A stretch of 64,000 bases of DNA from an uncultured Phycisphaerales bacterium (GTDB lineage: Bacteria > Planctomycetota > Phycisphaerae > Tepidisphaerales > Tepidisphaeraceae). How positions within the stretch are numbered: position 1 is the first letter of the stretch; the number at the start of each line of letters is the position of its first letter. The notes under the pieces were generated by a model, which did not search any database, was not told where the DNA came from, and was given only the letters and a program-made list of their open reading frames with translations. The position numbers and the translations under genes were made by a program. The stretch spans positions 3,008,001 to 3,072,000 of the forward strand of contig CAVWVQ010000003.1 of the NCBI GenBank assembly GCA_963758525.1, read 5' to 3'. Of the stretch, positions 47,211 through 58,624 are shown one piece after another.

Positions 47211-47345
47211 CGTGGGCGCATGTGAAGGGCCATTCGAGACGGAACGCAACAACCCCTATCAGTAGACTGTCGCAGGCCGGCAAATCAAAACACCAGAGCG
47301 GATTTTTGTGGGCGTGCGCGAATATCCGGAGGGATGCCATTTGAC

Positions 47346-47415
47346 TCTGTAGCCGGGGGCGCTGACCCCGGAATTCTCCTCCACGATGTTCCGGCGTCAG
47401 CGTCGCCGCTACAGA
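47346..47415. repeat. GTAG-type inverted repeat
   Basis: tctgtagc..gcgctgac.ccggaa / ttccggcgtcagcgtcgccgctacaga. Confidence 0.6.
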
Positions 47416-47787
47416 AGAGGGATTCAACCCCGGTTCACCGGAAAAACGCGCACGCCCATAGCGTCGCAGTTCCTCTATGTTCTCACGGTTTGAAAGGGGT
47501 TCCTCTTTTTTTTGTTGAGTTTTTACGGCATGCGACAGTCATCAATAGGAGGCGGTCTGACACCGTGTCGGAGAACGTTCTGAGCAGGCCCCTGGGCGTG
47601 TGACAGTTTGGCCATGCCGCGCAGATATCCCATTGAAGGCCAGAGGTGGCGGATCTCGGTCCGTATGGAGCGCGGAGCATTAGACGTAACGACACCGCGC
47701 CCGTGGCCGGCAGGTGAGCGGCTGGAACGCCCGCACAAGACGGAATGGATGCGCCTGCCTTATGGCGGGGCGACTGGAGAGAGGATC

Positions 47788-50700
47788 ATGACGAATAATC
47801 GCGCAGCTTCGATATCTGCAACCCGCATATCTCCCAAATCACGGAGTCACCGGCAATTAGAAGTCCGACGCCGGCGACTGACTCGCGCTTGTGCGGCCGT
47901 TCTTACCGCTGTCGGAGCGACGGCTGCCTTCAGTCCCGCGATTTGGGCTGCAAATACGGCTTACACAATTCCGGCAGGTTCTTCCGGTAACTTCAGCGCG
48001 GTCACACTCACACCTTCGGGGACGCCCGGCCAGGGCGACCTGTTGATGGATTCGGCAGCCACCACTCCAGCAAGCTTCACTTTGACGCTAGATGAGAACC
48101 TTACCGTCGGCACAATCAAGTTAAACGCTAGCGGCGGCCACACCGGCACTTTCACCTCGGACGGCACGCACGTTTTCACGCTGGACAACACTGGCGGTAC
48201 CGCTACAAACATCTTCGGCGATACGAACGCCTCCATCGGCGAAAACGCCAACTCCGGTGTGTTGACGGTCGGGCCCAACATCGTGATTGCCAACACGAAC
48301 CTCGACATTGGTTCCCCACAGAAGGGTACCGTCTCGATCACCGGGAATATCACTGCATCGACGGCGCAAACTCTCAATCTGGAAAACAACCAGACAACGG
48401 GCACCACAACAATTGACGCAATCTCCGGAAATATTGGGGCATCCGGCAGCGCCATTGCCATCGTTGATGCCTCCACCGGTAGCTCCTTTGCAAATTTCAA
48501 CCTCACCACCGGCACCATCGGCGGTGCCTCTGGAACCGGGGCGGCTGTCACCATCACCAACCAGGCCACCGGCGCTTCGCCGTTCGCTATCTCTTCCACG
48601 CTCGGTGCCACGGTGTCGAGCATCACGCAAAACAGCACCAACTCGATCATGACCATTTCTGGAACCAACTCCAGCTTCACCGGCACGACGAGCATCCAGG
48701 CAGGTACGCTGACCCTGGGCAGCACCACGGCACTGGGGAATTCGGCCGTGAAGTTAGCCAACACAAGCGGTGCGACCCTCAACCTGACCTCTTCCACGAC
48801 GATCGGTTCGCTCGCGGGCGGCGGCACGACGGGGGGAAACGTGACCCTGAATGCGAATACTCTGTCGGTGGGCAGCAACAACACCAGTACATCCTACGCC
48901 GGCGTGATCTCGGGAACCGGCGGCCTGACCAAGATCGGTTCTGGTGTGTTGACACTTACCGGCGCGAACAGTTATCCAGGCTCGACAACGGTAAACGCGG
49001 GCACGCTGAAGCTCGACTTCACCGCTTCGGGCGCACCGACGACCAATATCATCAATAACACCCCCCTGAACCTCGGCGGCGGCACGTTAAGCGTGGTCGG
49101 AAATAGCGCCTCCAGCACTCAGTCGTTCGGGAGCTGGGCGGTCGCAGCAGGAGCTTCCACGATCTCGGCCACCGGCTCGGCCTCGGTTTCGTTGGCGACG
49201 ATCACGCTCACGGCTGGGGCCGGTGTAGTCTTTAGCGGCCCACTTACCACTACTTATGCAACTAATGGGTCCGGCGTCATCACTCCCACAACTGTCAATG
49301 CAACCGGTACCATTACCACCAGCTCGACCGGCCTAACTGCTGCAGTAGCGTCCGGCGGAGGACTTCTCGCGGGCGGTAATAACACGAACAACTATGCAAC
49401 CGTCGGGCTCTATGATTGGGCCTCCACGGACACGGCCGCCGGCGCTGCGGGGAGCACGATTATCGGAGGCTCGCAAGTCAGCGGGTTTTATACAGTTCCT
49501 GGAAACAATGCAGGGAATACCTTTACAACCCCGAACTTGGATATCGCTACGCAACAAGCTCCAACGCTCAACGGGACGAGTGATGTTCGAATCAGTGGTG
49601 GCAATGCAGTGGTTGACTCAATCCGGTTTAATAGCGGACATGCGCCGTATATTACGGTGAGTAACACTCTTGCCACCGGTGGCGTTTTAGTGACGCCCAA
49701 TATGGGTCAGGTGAATGCCGGCATCGACCAGATACGACTGAACGGCGCAGTGAGTACTCAAATCGTGCAGAACAATACCTTGGGCGTATTCGTGCTGGGG
49801 CTGAACGGCAAATCAGACTTCGCCACTGGAAACGCCGGTGATTCGGTGGTGATCTCGGGTTCCGGCGCGGTATTCCTGAATCCCGTCGCGGGGACGGGCA
49901 TCAAATTCAATTATCTCAGTTCAAGTGGTGTGCTGACAAATTCCAGTTCGGGCGTCTACGACTCGGCCCAAATCAACAGCGCGGCGCAGGGACCAACTTA
50001 TATCAATGGCGGCGTCACGGTGATCAATACTGGCGCCGCGCTCTCCAATCCGGCCACCGTTGGAACAACGGGGGGTAGCGTAGGTTCAGTCAATCTGAAT
50101 GGAGGCACACTTATGGGTGCCATTAATAGTTTCAGCCTCATCAGCGCAGGAACAAATGTTGGCAACCGAGCAGTGTTCCTGGGGAGCAATGGTGGTGGAC
50201 TAGCGGCGCAATTCGGCACTACTCTGACGATTCCTGGCGTAATCAGCGGAGCCGCGGGCAGCGGACCGCTCACAATTGGTATTGCCGGCTCCACGGCGAA
50301 CGGCAATGTGGCTGGTTTGGTACCAGGCACCGGAACTGGCACGGCTAACCCGGCGTTTAGCGCCACCGGAACCGTCCTATTGAACAACGCGAATACGTTT
50401 GCAGGTGGTACAACGATCATGACCGGCACACTGCGGACGGCCAACGCGAGCACTCTGGGAAGCGGAACTGTTGCAATCAACAGCACAGCCACCCTGGCAG
50501 TCGGCGCCGATGCCAGCACGGTCGGGAATCTCACAACCGGTGGCCAGACATGGAATACCGGCGGCACGTACACAGCGAAAATTGTTGCAGCCGGGACCGG
50601 CTCCAGCGGCACGCCGACCGCGCAGGCTGGTGGCACGAATTGGGACTTGATCAATATGTCCGGGCTGACGGTCGCATCGACCAATGGCAGCCCCTTCACG

Positions 50701-51078
50701 ATCACGTTGACCGCTCCCAGCGCGACAGGTGGTTTCACAAAGACACTGAATTATGACTGGGTGATTGCCAGCGTGGGAAGTGCGTCGGGGATCTCCAATG
50801 GGACCCTCGCCACAGCCAGCAACACCGGCAATCCCGGGACGTCCGGATTGTTCACCCTGGACACCAGCAACTTCGTCACCGCAAACGGCGGCTCGTTTCC
50901 GATCGCATCGAGCTTCTCGCTCCAGCTTGATGGCCTCAGCGGAAGCCAAACGTTGGATGTCGTCTACAATGCTACCCCCGAGCCCGGGACAGCACTGCTG
51001 GTTCTCGGCGGAGCGCTACCGATGATCTTGGGTCGTCGACGACGAGCAAAACGGATCGAGAACGCAGCAAATGCGTGA
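47788..51078 (+). CDS. Autotransporter-associated beta-strand repeat protein with PEP-CTERM sorting signal
   Basis: GGLTKIGSGVLTLTGANSYPGSTTVNAGTL repeats; C-terminal TPEPGTALLVLGG...RRRR. Confidence 0.9.
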   Translation: MTNNRAASISATRISPKSRSHRQLEVRRRRLTRACAAVLTAVGATAAFSPAIWAANTAYTIPAGSSGNFSAVTLTPSGTPGQGDLLMDSAATTPASFTLTLDENLTVGTIKLNASGGHTGTFTSDGTHVFTLDNTGGTATNIFGDTNASIGENANSGVLTVGPNIVIANTNLDIGSPQKGTVSITGNITASTAQTLNLENNQTTGTTTIDAISGNIGASGSAIAIVDASTGSSFANFNLTTGTIGGASGTGAAVTITNQATGASPFAISSTLGATVSSITQNSTNSIMTISGTNSSFTGTTSIQAGTLTLGSTTALGNSAVKLANTSGATLNLTSSTTIGSLAGGGTTGGNVTLNANTLSVGSNNTSTSYAGVISGTGGLTKIGSGVLTLTGANSYPGSTTVNAGTLKLDFTASGAPTTNIINNTPLNLGGGTLSVVGNSASSTQSFGSWAVAAGASTISATGSASVSLATITLTAGAGVVFSGPLTTTYATNGSGVITPTTVNATGTITTSSTGLTAAVASGGGLLAGGNNTNNYATVGLYDWASTDTAAGAAGSTIIGGSQVSGFYTVPGNNAGNTFTTPNLDIATQQAPTLNGTSDVRISGGNAVVDSIRFNSGHAPYITVSNTLATGGVLVTPNMGQVNAGIDQIRLNGAVSTQIVQNNTLGVFVLGLNGKSDFATGNAGDSVVISGSGAVFLNPVAGTGIKFNYLSSSGVLTNSSSGVYDSAQINSAAQGPTYINGGVTVINTGAALSNPATVGTTGGSVGSVNLNGGTLMGAINSFSLISAGTNVGNRAVFLGSNGGGLAAQFGTTLTIPGVISGAAGSGPLTIGIAGSTANGNVAGLVPGTGTGTANPAFSATGTVLLNNANTFAGGTTIMTGTLRTANASTLGSGTVAINSTATLAVGADASTVGNLTTGGQTWNTGGTYTAKIVAAGTGSSGTPTAQAGGTNWDLINMSGLTVASTNGSPFTITLTAPSATGGFTKTLNYDWVIASVGSASGISNGTLATASNTGNPGTSGLFTLDTSNFVTANGGSFPIASSFSLQLDGLSGSQTLDVVYNATPEPGTALLVLGGALPMILGRRRRAKRIENAANA

Positions 51079-51125
51079 CCGATGCTAGACGCAAAGATCG
51101 TCAGGGTGCGTGACGCCGCATTGAA

Positions 51126-51311
51126 GTGGCATGGGCATCCTGCCCATGGCCGCGGTACCCGCGGCGTTGGCCGGTACTCCGGCCAAACAAGCAGGAGCGC
51201 AGCGATCTTTTTGCTCTCAAAAGTAGAGGACGCTCCGCTCGGGCGTGTTCGACCGGAGTACCGGCCGATGTCGCGGTGTACCGCGACCATGGCGCAAGAT
51301 GCCCATGACAC
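51126..51311. repeat. REP doublet enclosing a second inverted repeat
   Basis: gtggcatgggcatcctgcccatg ... catggcgcaagatgcccatgacac, with inner ggccggtactccggccaaaca / tgttcgaccggagtaccggcc. Confidence 0.7.
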
Positions 51312-51557
51312 CGTTTGTGCCGCCGAATCCGTCACGCACCCAGATCGTCAAGCCATAGAATGAAACTCAAGCTTACTGCCGACGTAGCGTTTCGGCCGGC
51401 AGGGCCGGCATCCTCGCGGGGTATTTGTTCGTCGTGACCTGCCCGCCGGCGCGCGCGGCGTTCGGACTCACTTCGGACACCGGCCATTATTCCCGCGATA
51501 CTGGAGCCGGCCTGGCCTTCAAGATCGACCGGCTCAACTGATGTATCGCCAATTCCA

Positions 51558-54222
51558 ATGAAACTTCGCATCCTATCAATCGTCGCCTGCGTCGCCCTGC
51601 ACTTGAGCGGCGCGTTCAGCTCGGGCAATGTCGCCGGGGGTGTTCGGGACGGGGGGAAGCCGGTCACGGTGACATCCGACGCCAAGACGATGACCCTGAG
51701 CAACGGGATCGTTTCGATCGTCTGCGATAAGGCATCTCCCGCCGTCCCCCGGATCAACTACACGTACGACAACGGTGCGGGAGAGACGACGTTGCCGCTG
51801 CTTGCAGGCGGAAAGCGCGGTGGAGAGTTTTACTGGGAACTGGGAGGAGTCGGGGGTGGGCCCTTCCAGTGCGAGACCGTGGTGAATCCCGCGATCGGCG
51901 ATTCGGCGCACCTCAAGGGAGAGTATGCGGAAATCGCGCTTTTGGGCCCGTCGCCATCGTCCGGAGTCGCGGAGATTCACTACTCGATGCTGAGGGGATC
52001 GCCGGGGTTTTACATCACGCTCATCCTCAAACACCGCAAGGCGGATCAGGCGATGGGGCTGGGAGAGATTCGCACCAACGTCTATCTGTCGCCGACGTTC
52101 ACGTGGCAGAGCGTCGACCAGGAACGGAGCCATCAATACAACATCGGCGGGCAGTCAGCGGGCGTGGCAGGCGCGCCCAAGGAATGCACCCGCTGGACAT
52201 CGGGCTTTGCGGCCGGCCAGATTGAAGACAAATACAAGTGGAGCGCGCATGTCGGCGAAGAGCGGGCGTGGGGCTGGAGCAGCGTGACCAATGAGCCGGC
52301 CGGCTTCAAGGGGCACAACGTGGGCGTGTGGAACGTCCTGGGAAGCGCGGAATTCTACGCCGGCGGACCGCTCAAATCCGATCTCATGGACGCGCCGATG
52401 GTGAACATGTTCAACAGCAGCCATTACCAGATGGGCCTGGACACTAAATGCGACGCCGGTGAGGAGTGGACAAAGAGCTACGGACCGTACTTTTTCTATT
52501 GCAACAATATTGCCGCCAACGTGTCCAATGCGAGCAAAGCGGCGGCCGCTCTGTTTGCCGATGCCCAAGCGCAGGCCGCGGCCGAGCGATCGGCATGGCC
52601 CTACAAGTGGTTCGTGAACCCGGCGTACATTCCCGCATCGGGCCGTGGGACGATCAAGGGCAGAATCGAGATCGAAGATCGATTCAATCCCAACGCTGCA
52701 CCCGCGGACCTGTGGGTCGGCGTCGCGCGCAAGCCGCGCTCGACGGACGGCGTCGTCGATTTTCAGCAATGGGCCAAGCCATATCAATTCTGGGTGAAGA
52801 CCGACGCAAATGGAAATTTTGTAATTCCTGGTGTCATCGCTGATGACGATTACACGCTCTTCGCCTTCGGCCCTGGCGCGGCGGGAACTTTTCAATCACA
52901 ATCTCTCGGCGACGCCGCGCCGGGCATGATCGATATTCCAATTTCACCGTTCAGCGTGAAAGTGACCGGGGGCGGCACGCGGGATCTCGGCGTTGTCAAA
53001 TGGACGCCTGCGCGCGTGGGCCCCACGGTCTTTGAGATCGGAGTTCCTGACCGAACGGCCCGCGAATTTCGCCACGGCGACGACTATTGGCGAACGGACA
53101 CGAGCCCTGATCCCGCCGCGCCAAATCCTGTGTGGAGCGGCTTCCTCCAGTACCGCTTCGATTTTCCCGCTGGTCCTCATTACACGGTCGGGAAGAGTCG
53201 CTGGGCCACCGACTGGAACTTCATTCAGCCGGTGGTCCCCGATGCTCAGGGCAACTATGGGGGATCGATGTCAACGATCACCTTCAATCTTGCCCGGGCG
53301 CCGCGGCCGGATGCCAAGGCTTCGTTGTACCTCGCGATTGCATCGGACTACATGGGCCCGTTGGTGATCCGCCTGAATGATACCGATATCGCTGGCGCGC
53401 GCGGATTTGTGCCACATTATTCCAAGAGCGACACGAGTATTCGCGAAGAGATCAATGGAGCATTCTCGGATATTCGCTTCACGATTCCCGTGACACTGCT
53501 GAAAAAAGGTCCTAACACGATCACCTTCGACATGCGCAGAGGCGGATATTTCGCCAATCATGCGATGTATGACTACATCCGTTCTCGAACTCACCGGCTA
53601 TGTGCCGCCTGCCCCGGCGGAGGTCATCGCCTACCCGGGCAGCGGTTGCGCGCTCGTGCGCTGGCCCGTGGTTCCAGGCGCCACCAGCTACAATATTCTC
53701 CGTGGAACAGGCGACAGCGGCGCGCATTCCGTTCTGGCCTCCGGCGTCACAGGTCCGGTGTGCGGCAGCGGTCCGACGCACACCAGCTATGTCGACACTG
53801 CTGCATCCAACAGCGGCATCTACACGTATGCCGTGCAGTCCGTCAATACGGTTGGCGCCAGCGGGGATTCCCCAGCCAGCGCGAAGGTGACTCCATCCGC
53901 ATCCGCGGCAACCACTGCGCCGCTCGCGCCGCAAGCAGCGGTGGCTGTCGCAGGGGATCATTCCGTCACGCTCACCTGGAAGCCCTCGGCAGGCGCCAAC
54001 TGCTATACCATCCGACGCTCAATTCTGGTCAGCGACGGCGGCGGCGCTTCGATTCCCCTTCCAGCCATAACTCTCGCCAATGGTGTAGTCGAAACAACCT
54101 TCACCGACGCCAGCTGCACGAACAACACGACTTACGGCTACGCCCTCTCCGCGTCAAACGCCGCCGGCACGAGTGCCGATTGCAGCGAGGTGGTTGCCAC
54201 TACCAATCGGCAAGCGCGGTAA
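51558..54222 (+). CDS. Rhamnogalacturonan lyase (PL4) with C-terminal Fn3 domains; frameshift near 53583
   Basis: YSMLRGSPGFY, EDKYKWS, YQFWVKTDANGNF, FEIGVPDRTAREF, MYDYIR-LELTGY; Fn3 repeats in ORF 53560..54222. Confidence 0.85.
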
Positions 54223-54410
54223 GTCACCTGATGGGAACCTAACGGGACAGGGAACCTAAATGGACAGGTCCGATTGTTTCGAAATCAGATGGGGGAACCT
54301 AGCGGGATAGGCCAGTCGTTCTGAAATCACATGTGCGCCGGTGTCCATTGGTCGCGTACCAAGACAAGCTCGCGAGGGGCCTGGGGATTGATCGCGGCGA
54401 GGAAGGGAAC

Positions 54411-55778
54411 TCAGATCATCTCCAGCACCAGCAGATTCCAATCCATAAAGCCTTTGTGACTCAACGCCGCTCCGGTGTCGGGGTGGTAGTACTCGTTCAA
54501 CGAGCCGTTTTTGGCCAGATCGGTGGAGAGGAGTCGCAGCGTCTTGTCCGCCAGATCGCTCGCCTCATCGTGGAAGCCAGAATCTCTCAGTCCCTTCCAA
54601 ACAAAATAATTCACGATGATCCAGACGGGGCCGAGCCAGTTACTGGGATTCGAGCTGAAATCAAGACAGTACATGGACTCTTTTGACGAAAGCGATCTGA
54701 CTCCCCAGTTGCCGCGAAGCCGATCATCCGCCAGATAATTGGTCTGCACCAGCGCCTTGGCCTGATCCGCCGTAGCCAGGCCGCACCAGAGCGGCAGGAA
54801 GCCGGTGAAGGTCTGCACCCGCAGGGGCAAACAGTGCCAGGACATATCCATGCCCGTCTTCAAGCCACGAATCAGTTCCTTGCGCCGATCCACGCATTGG
54901 ACGTCGACGGTGTAATAAAATTGATCGCGCGGATCCCAGCAACATTTCTGAATCTTCTCTGCCAGCGCGGCGGCCTGGGCGCCGAGGCGCTGCTGGTCAT
55001 CGGCGCGCTTGAGCCGGCGCGCCAATTCCGTCGCCGCTTTCAGGTCCTCATAAAAAAGGCAGTTCAGCAGCAGATTCGCGGAAGAAAAGAACGGTCGTCC
55101 AAATGTTGTCGGATCGTTGTCGTTTCCGATGGCGACATCGTTTCCCCACACCAGAAGTCCAACCGAACTTTGATTACCGGAAACCCACGAAGCATAAAAA
55201 CGCAGGAGCTTGTCGAAGTACGGAGCCAGCCAGTCCACGGAGCCGGTTTCAGTTGTGGACAGAAGTGCGAGTTGTCCAAAAACCGGCTTGGCTTGATTTT
55301 GCGATTTGTTCCTGTCCTTCTTCAGGGCTCCAAGGGGATCGGCGCTATGCACGTCGATCACCATGGGGATGCGGCCTTCATCCGACTGGTGATCGAAGAA
55401 ATTCCTGAAGCTGCCGATGGCATGCTCGCCCACCTTTTTGCGAAAAGTGGGATCATTTGAGATTGCGGCGAAGCGGAAGAGGCCGCGCGTGGTCCATAAG
55501 GTGTCCCAATCCCAAAGGTTGGTGGCATATGCCTTGCCCGGCAGGCTGCAGGCAATGCTCGGATGCACGAGGAGACCCTGGGCGGGCCGCAATAACTGCG
55601 GCGCAGTTTTGCCAAAGTAATGAAGCAGTTGGTCGGCCGCCTCCTTGCGGGCATCCGAGGACCACGAAGAATCTGAGATCGGCTGAGTGGCTGGTGCCGG
55701 AACCGAGTCGGCGCCTTCACTAACGAGAGATGAAGCACCAAGCAAAGCCGCTCCGGCGACAAATTCACGTCTCGACAT
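54411..55778 (-). CDS. Tat-exported (alpha/alpha)6 glycoside hydrolase (trehalase/GH63/MGH1-like)
   Basis: SRREFV Tat motif, LWDWD, GNDNDP, NWLGPVW, LNEYYHPDTG. Confidence 0.82.
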   Translation of the reverse strand: MSRREFVAGAALLGASSLVSEGADSVPAPATQPISDSSWSSDARKEAADQLLHYFGKTAPQLLRPAQGLLVHPSIACSLPGKAYATNLWDWDTLWTTRGLFRFAAISNDPTFRKKVGEHAIGSFRNFFDHQSDEGRIPMVIDVHSADPLGALKKDRNKSQNQAKPVFGQLALLSTTETGSVDWLAPYFDKLLRFYASWVSGNQSSVGLLVWGNDVAIGNDNDPTTFGRPFFSSANLLLNCLFYEDLKAATELARRLKRADDQQRLGAQAAALAEKIQKCCWDPRDQFYYTVDVQCVDRRKELIRGLKTGMDMSWHCLPLRVQTFTGFLPLWCGLATADQAKALVQTNYLADDRLRGNWGVRSLSSKESMYCLDFSSNPSNWLGPVWIIVNYFVWKGLRDSGFHDEASDLADKTLRLLSTDLAKNGSLNEYYHPDTGAALSHKGFMDWNLLVLEMI

Positions 55779-55927
55779 TCTGGGTATAGGGGACAAAGTA
55801 ACCTCAATTCGCAGGATCGGGTCTCCCTCTCGTGCAACATAATGCCGCCTGCTCCGCGGCTCGGCGTCTGGCGCGACATACGCTACGCTTCGACTGCAAC
55901 TGCATCAGCCGCGAATCGTTCTCCTAT

Positions 55928-58624
55928 TCAGTGCCGGACCGAAAATTCGTACGCGCCAGAGCCTACTTCATAGACTGCGCACCCATTTTCCATGTGCACG
56001 AATTGAAGACCGGGCACGGCGCCGGTTGCCTTGCCACTTTCCGTGACTGACCCCGGTTCCACGGCCGGGACATAAATTCTCGCAGTTGTGTTGGGCGGAA
56101 TGGTTACGGCCATCGTCAGGCGATCGCCCGACCGCCTCCATTCACTGGAGATCATGCCTCGCGCGGATTCGTAGCGCGCCTTCGCCCATATGACGTCGCC
56201 AACGGGGGTGGGTCGGATGATAATCTTCTTGAAGGCGATGGAGGCCGGATCACAACGGATGCCGGCAAGGTCGCTGTAAAACCATTCCATGATGTGCCCA
56301 AGCATAAAGTGATCCTGAGACGCGCTCCCGTCCCATCCTTCAGTGAGCGCCGTGGCGCCAGTCTTAATGATGTATCCGTAGCCGGGGCGGTCGGAACGAT
56401 TGTTCAGGTCGAAGATGACATCGGAGCGGCCGCCGTCGGCCAGGGCCTTGAGGAGGTATCGATATCCGACGTCTCCAGCGGTCAGACGGTTGTCGTGTGC
56501 GCGGATCCCCTCCACAAGATTTTGGAGGATTGCGGCCCGATCTTCCTCTGGCGCCAAGCCCATGACCAGCGGAAGAGCGTTGGCCGTCTGGCTGCCCGTG
56601 GCGTAGCTGTGAGTATCGGGATGATAGAGGGACCGGTTGAACGCCTCGCGCACTTTGCCGGCAAGATTGTGATATGCCTCCGCCTCATCGGCCTTGCCCA
56701 GGAGCCTGGCCGTCTGCTCGAGAACCGTCAGGTCGCGGTAGTAAAACGCGGTGGCGGTGAGTGATGTCGGCGTCAACTGGGCATTCCCCGGGCGCTTCGG
56801 ACCCAGATCGAACCAATCGCCCAGCCCCTGGCTGACGAGATGCTCTTTGGCTGTGGAGCCGAGGTAGGCGACGTATCGCTGCATGGTCGGGTACTGCTCG
56901 CGGAGCACCTGGGCGTCGCCGTACCATTGGTAAAGCTGCCAGGGCAGAAGAACAGCGGCGCTGCCCCATTCGGGGGAATCGCGGAAGCCGCCGGAAAAGA
57001 CCACGTATTCCGGCGCGATGTCGGGAACCAGCCCGTTGTCGAGCTGGGCGTCGGCCATGTCCCGGCAGATTTTCGCCGTCAGCGCCGGGATTGAGAAGTT
57101 GTACATGAGCGACGGCCCGGCGAGGTGATCCTGCTCGAGCCAGCCGAGTCGCTCGCGGTGCGGGCAGTCAGTGAGAATACTCATCATGTTGCTGCGCATC
57201 GCCCAGCGGATCAGCGTGTTGGTGCGATTGAACAGCTCGTTGGAGCAAGTGAATTCACCGGCCTCTGGCGAGGTGCTGGAGATGAAATCGCCTTCGACCG
57301 CCTGCGGCTGCACCCCTTCACACTGGAGATAGCGGCAGCCGTAATAGCTGAACCGTGGCGACCACGACTGCGCCTCGCCGCTGCCCAGCGTGTACTGGAA
57401 ATACGCCGGCCCGCCCCCGGAGCTTCCCTGGCTGACCGTACCATCCTTCTTGAGCAACTCGCCGGGAGTGATCTTGACGATTTGCCCTGCGGAGCCGCTG
57501 ACCACGACGTGCGGGATAACGGCGCAATTCTGACCCAGATCGTACACCCAGACGCCCGGCCTCCGCTGCTTGATGAGCTGCCCCTTGAAGACCTGCATCA
57601 CCCGGATTGGCGGAGCCGAATGACTGGTTCCCAGGAGCGTTCCGCCCGGCCCGGTCGTTTCCACGGCCGGCTTCCAGTCGGTATCGTCAAAACCGGGCGC
57701 GTCCCAACCCGGCTGCTCGCGCCGTGCATCGAAGTCCTCACCGCCATAAATGCCGGAGAACGTGATCGGGCCAGGCGCCCACTTCCATGATCGATCGCTG
57801 ATGAGCCGATCGTGGCTGCCATCGGCGTAATCGATCTCGATCTGCGCAATCAGCCTGGGCGGTCCAAAGCTTCCCTTGAATTTCGTGTAGCGCGGCCCCC
57901 CGACGTTATACATCCCGTTGCCGAGCATCACGCCCAGAACGTTGCGGCCCTGTTTCAGTTGCGGCCCGATCTCGTAAGTAATGTAGAGGCAGGTCTTGCG
58001 GTAATTCGTCCAGCCCGGCTCCAGGAGGTCATCGCCGACCTTGTGCCCGTTGAGATGCAGTTCCTGCTGCCCCAATCCGCACAGATAAACCAGCGCACGA
58101 TTCACCGGCTTGTGAACCTCGAATGAGAGCCGGAAGATCGGCAACGCAGCGGCCTGTCCGGGCTTTGTGCTGCCTTGCTCCTGCGCACCGATCCACGTTG
58201 CCTTCCAGTCATCCGCCCCCAAAAGCCCCATCGTCCAGTGGCCGGCGTCGCTTAGGGATGACCGGCCGTCCTTGTCGAACACGCGCACCGTCCAATAGCA
58301 CGCCTGGCCGGAAACAAGCGCTTTACCCGCGTATTCGACTTGAGTCTCATCCGAAGCGACATTGCCGCTGTCCCAGAGGTCGGGCGGTTGGGCGGTGAGG
58401 CCCTCCCGGCTGCTGGCGACAAGAATTTGATAAGCGGTCTGGCGCTGACCGCGCGTCTCGCTGGCCAGCTCCCAACTGAGCCGCGGGCGAGGATTGTCGA
58501 TGCCCAGGGGCGCGTCCCGGAATTCGCATCGCGTTTGTGCAACGCTCAGCGCTGCTGAAGCTTGCGTCCGCGGCGAAAACGTCAGCAGCAATACAACGGC
58601 AAGCAGCTTGATTGGCATTTTCAT
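55928..58624 (-). CDS. Alpha-L-rhamnosidase (GH78)
   Basis: PRLSW, YDLGQN, TDCPHRERLGWLEQ, GLGDW, GATALTEGW, SQDHFMLG. Confidence 0.92.
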   Translation of the reverse strand: MKMPIKLLAVVLLLTFSPRTQASAALSVAQTRCEFRDAPLGIDNPRPRLSWELASETRGQRQTAYQILVASSREGLTAQPPDLWDSGNVASDETQVEYAGKALVSGQACYWTVRVFDKDGRSSLSDAGHWTMGLLGADDWKATWIGAQEQGSTKPGQAAALPIFRLSFEVHKPVNRALVYLCGLGQQELHLNGHKVGDDLLEPGWTNYRKTCLYITYEIGPQLKQGRNVLGVMLGNGMYNVGGPRYTKFKGSFGPPRLIAQIEIDYADGSHDRLISDRSWKWAPGPITFSGIYGGEDFDARREQPGWDAPGFDDTDWKPAVETTGPGGTLLGTSHSAPPIRVMQVFKGQLIKQRRPGVWVYDLGQNCAVIPHVVVSGSAGQIVKITPGELLKKDGTVSQGSSGGGPAYFQYTLGSGEAQSWSPRFSYYGCRYLQCEGVQPQAVEGDFISSTSPEAGEFTCSNELFNRTNTLIRWAMRSNMMSILTDCPHRERLGWLEQDHLAGPSLMYNFSIPALTAKICRDMADAQLDNGLVPDIAPEYVVFSGGFRDSPEWGSAAVLLPWQLYQWYGDAQVLREQYPTMQRYVAYLGSTAKEHLVSQGLGDWFDLGPKRPGNAQLTPTSLTATAFYYRDLTVLEQTARLLGKADEAEAYHNLAGKVREAFNRSLYHPDTHSYATGSQTANALPLVMGLAPEEDRAAILQNLVEGIRAHDNRLTAGDVGYRYLLKALADGGRSDVIFDLNNRSDRPGYGYIIKTGATALTEGWDGSASQDHFMLGHIMEWFYSDLAGIRCDPASIAFKKIIIRPTPVGDVIWAKARYESARGMISSEWRRSGDRLTMAVTIPPNTTARIYVPAVEPGSVTESGKATGAVPGLQFVHMENGCAVYEVGSGAYEFSVRH

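Noticed and set aside
47492..47513. Terminator or riboswitch upstream of the PEP-CTERM gene
   Set aside because: Only a weak short stem before the T-run, and no recognisable aptamer; the nearby hairpin is a GTAG-type repeat
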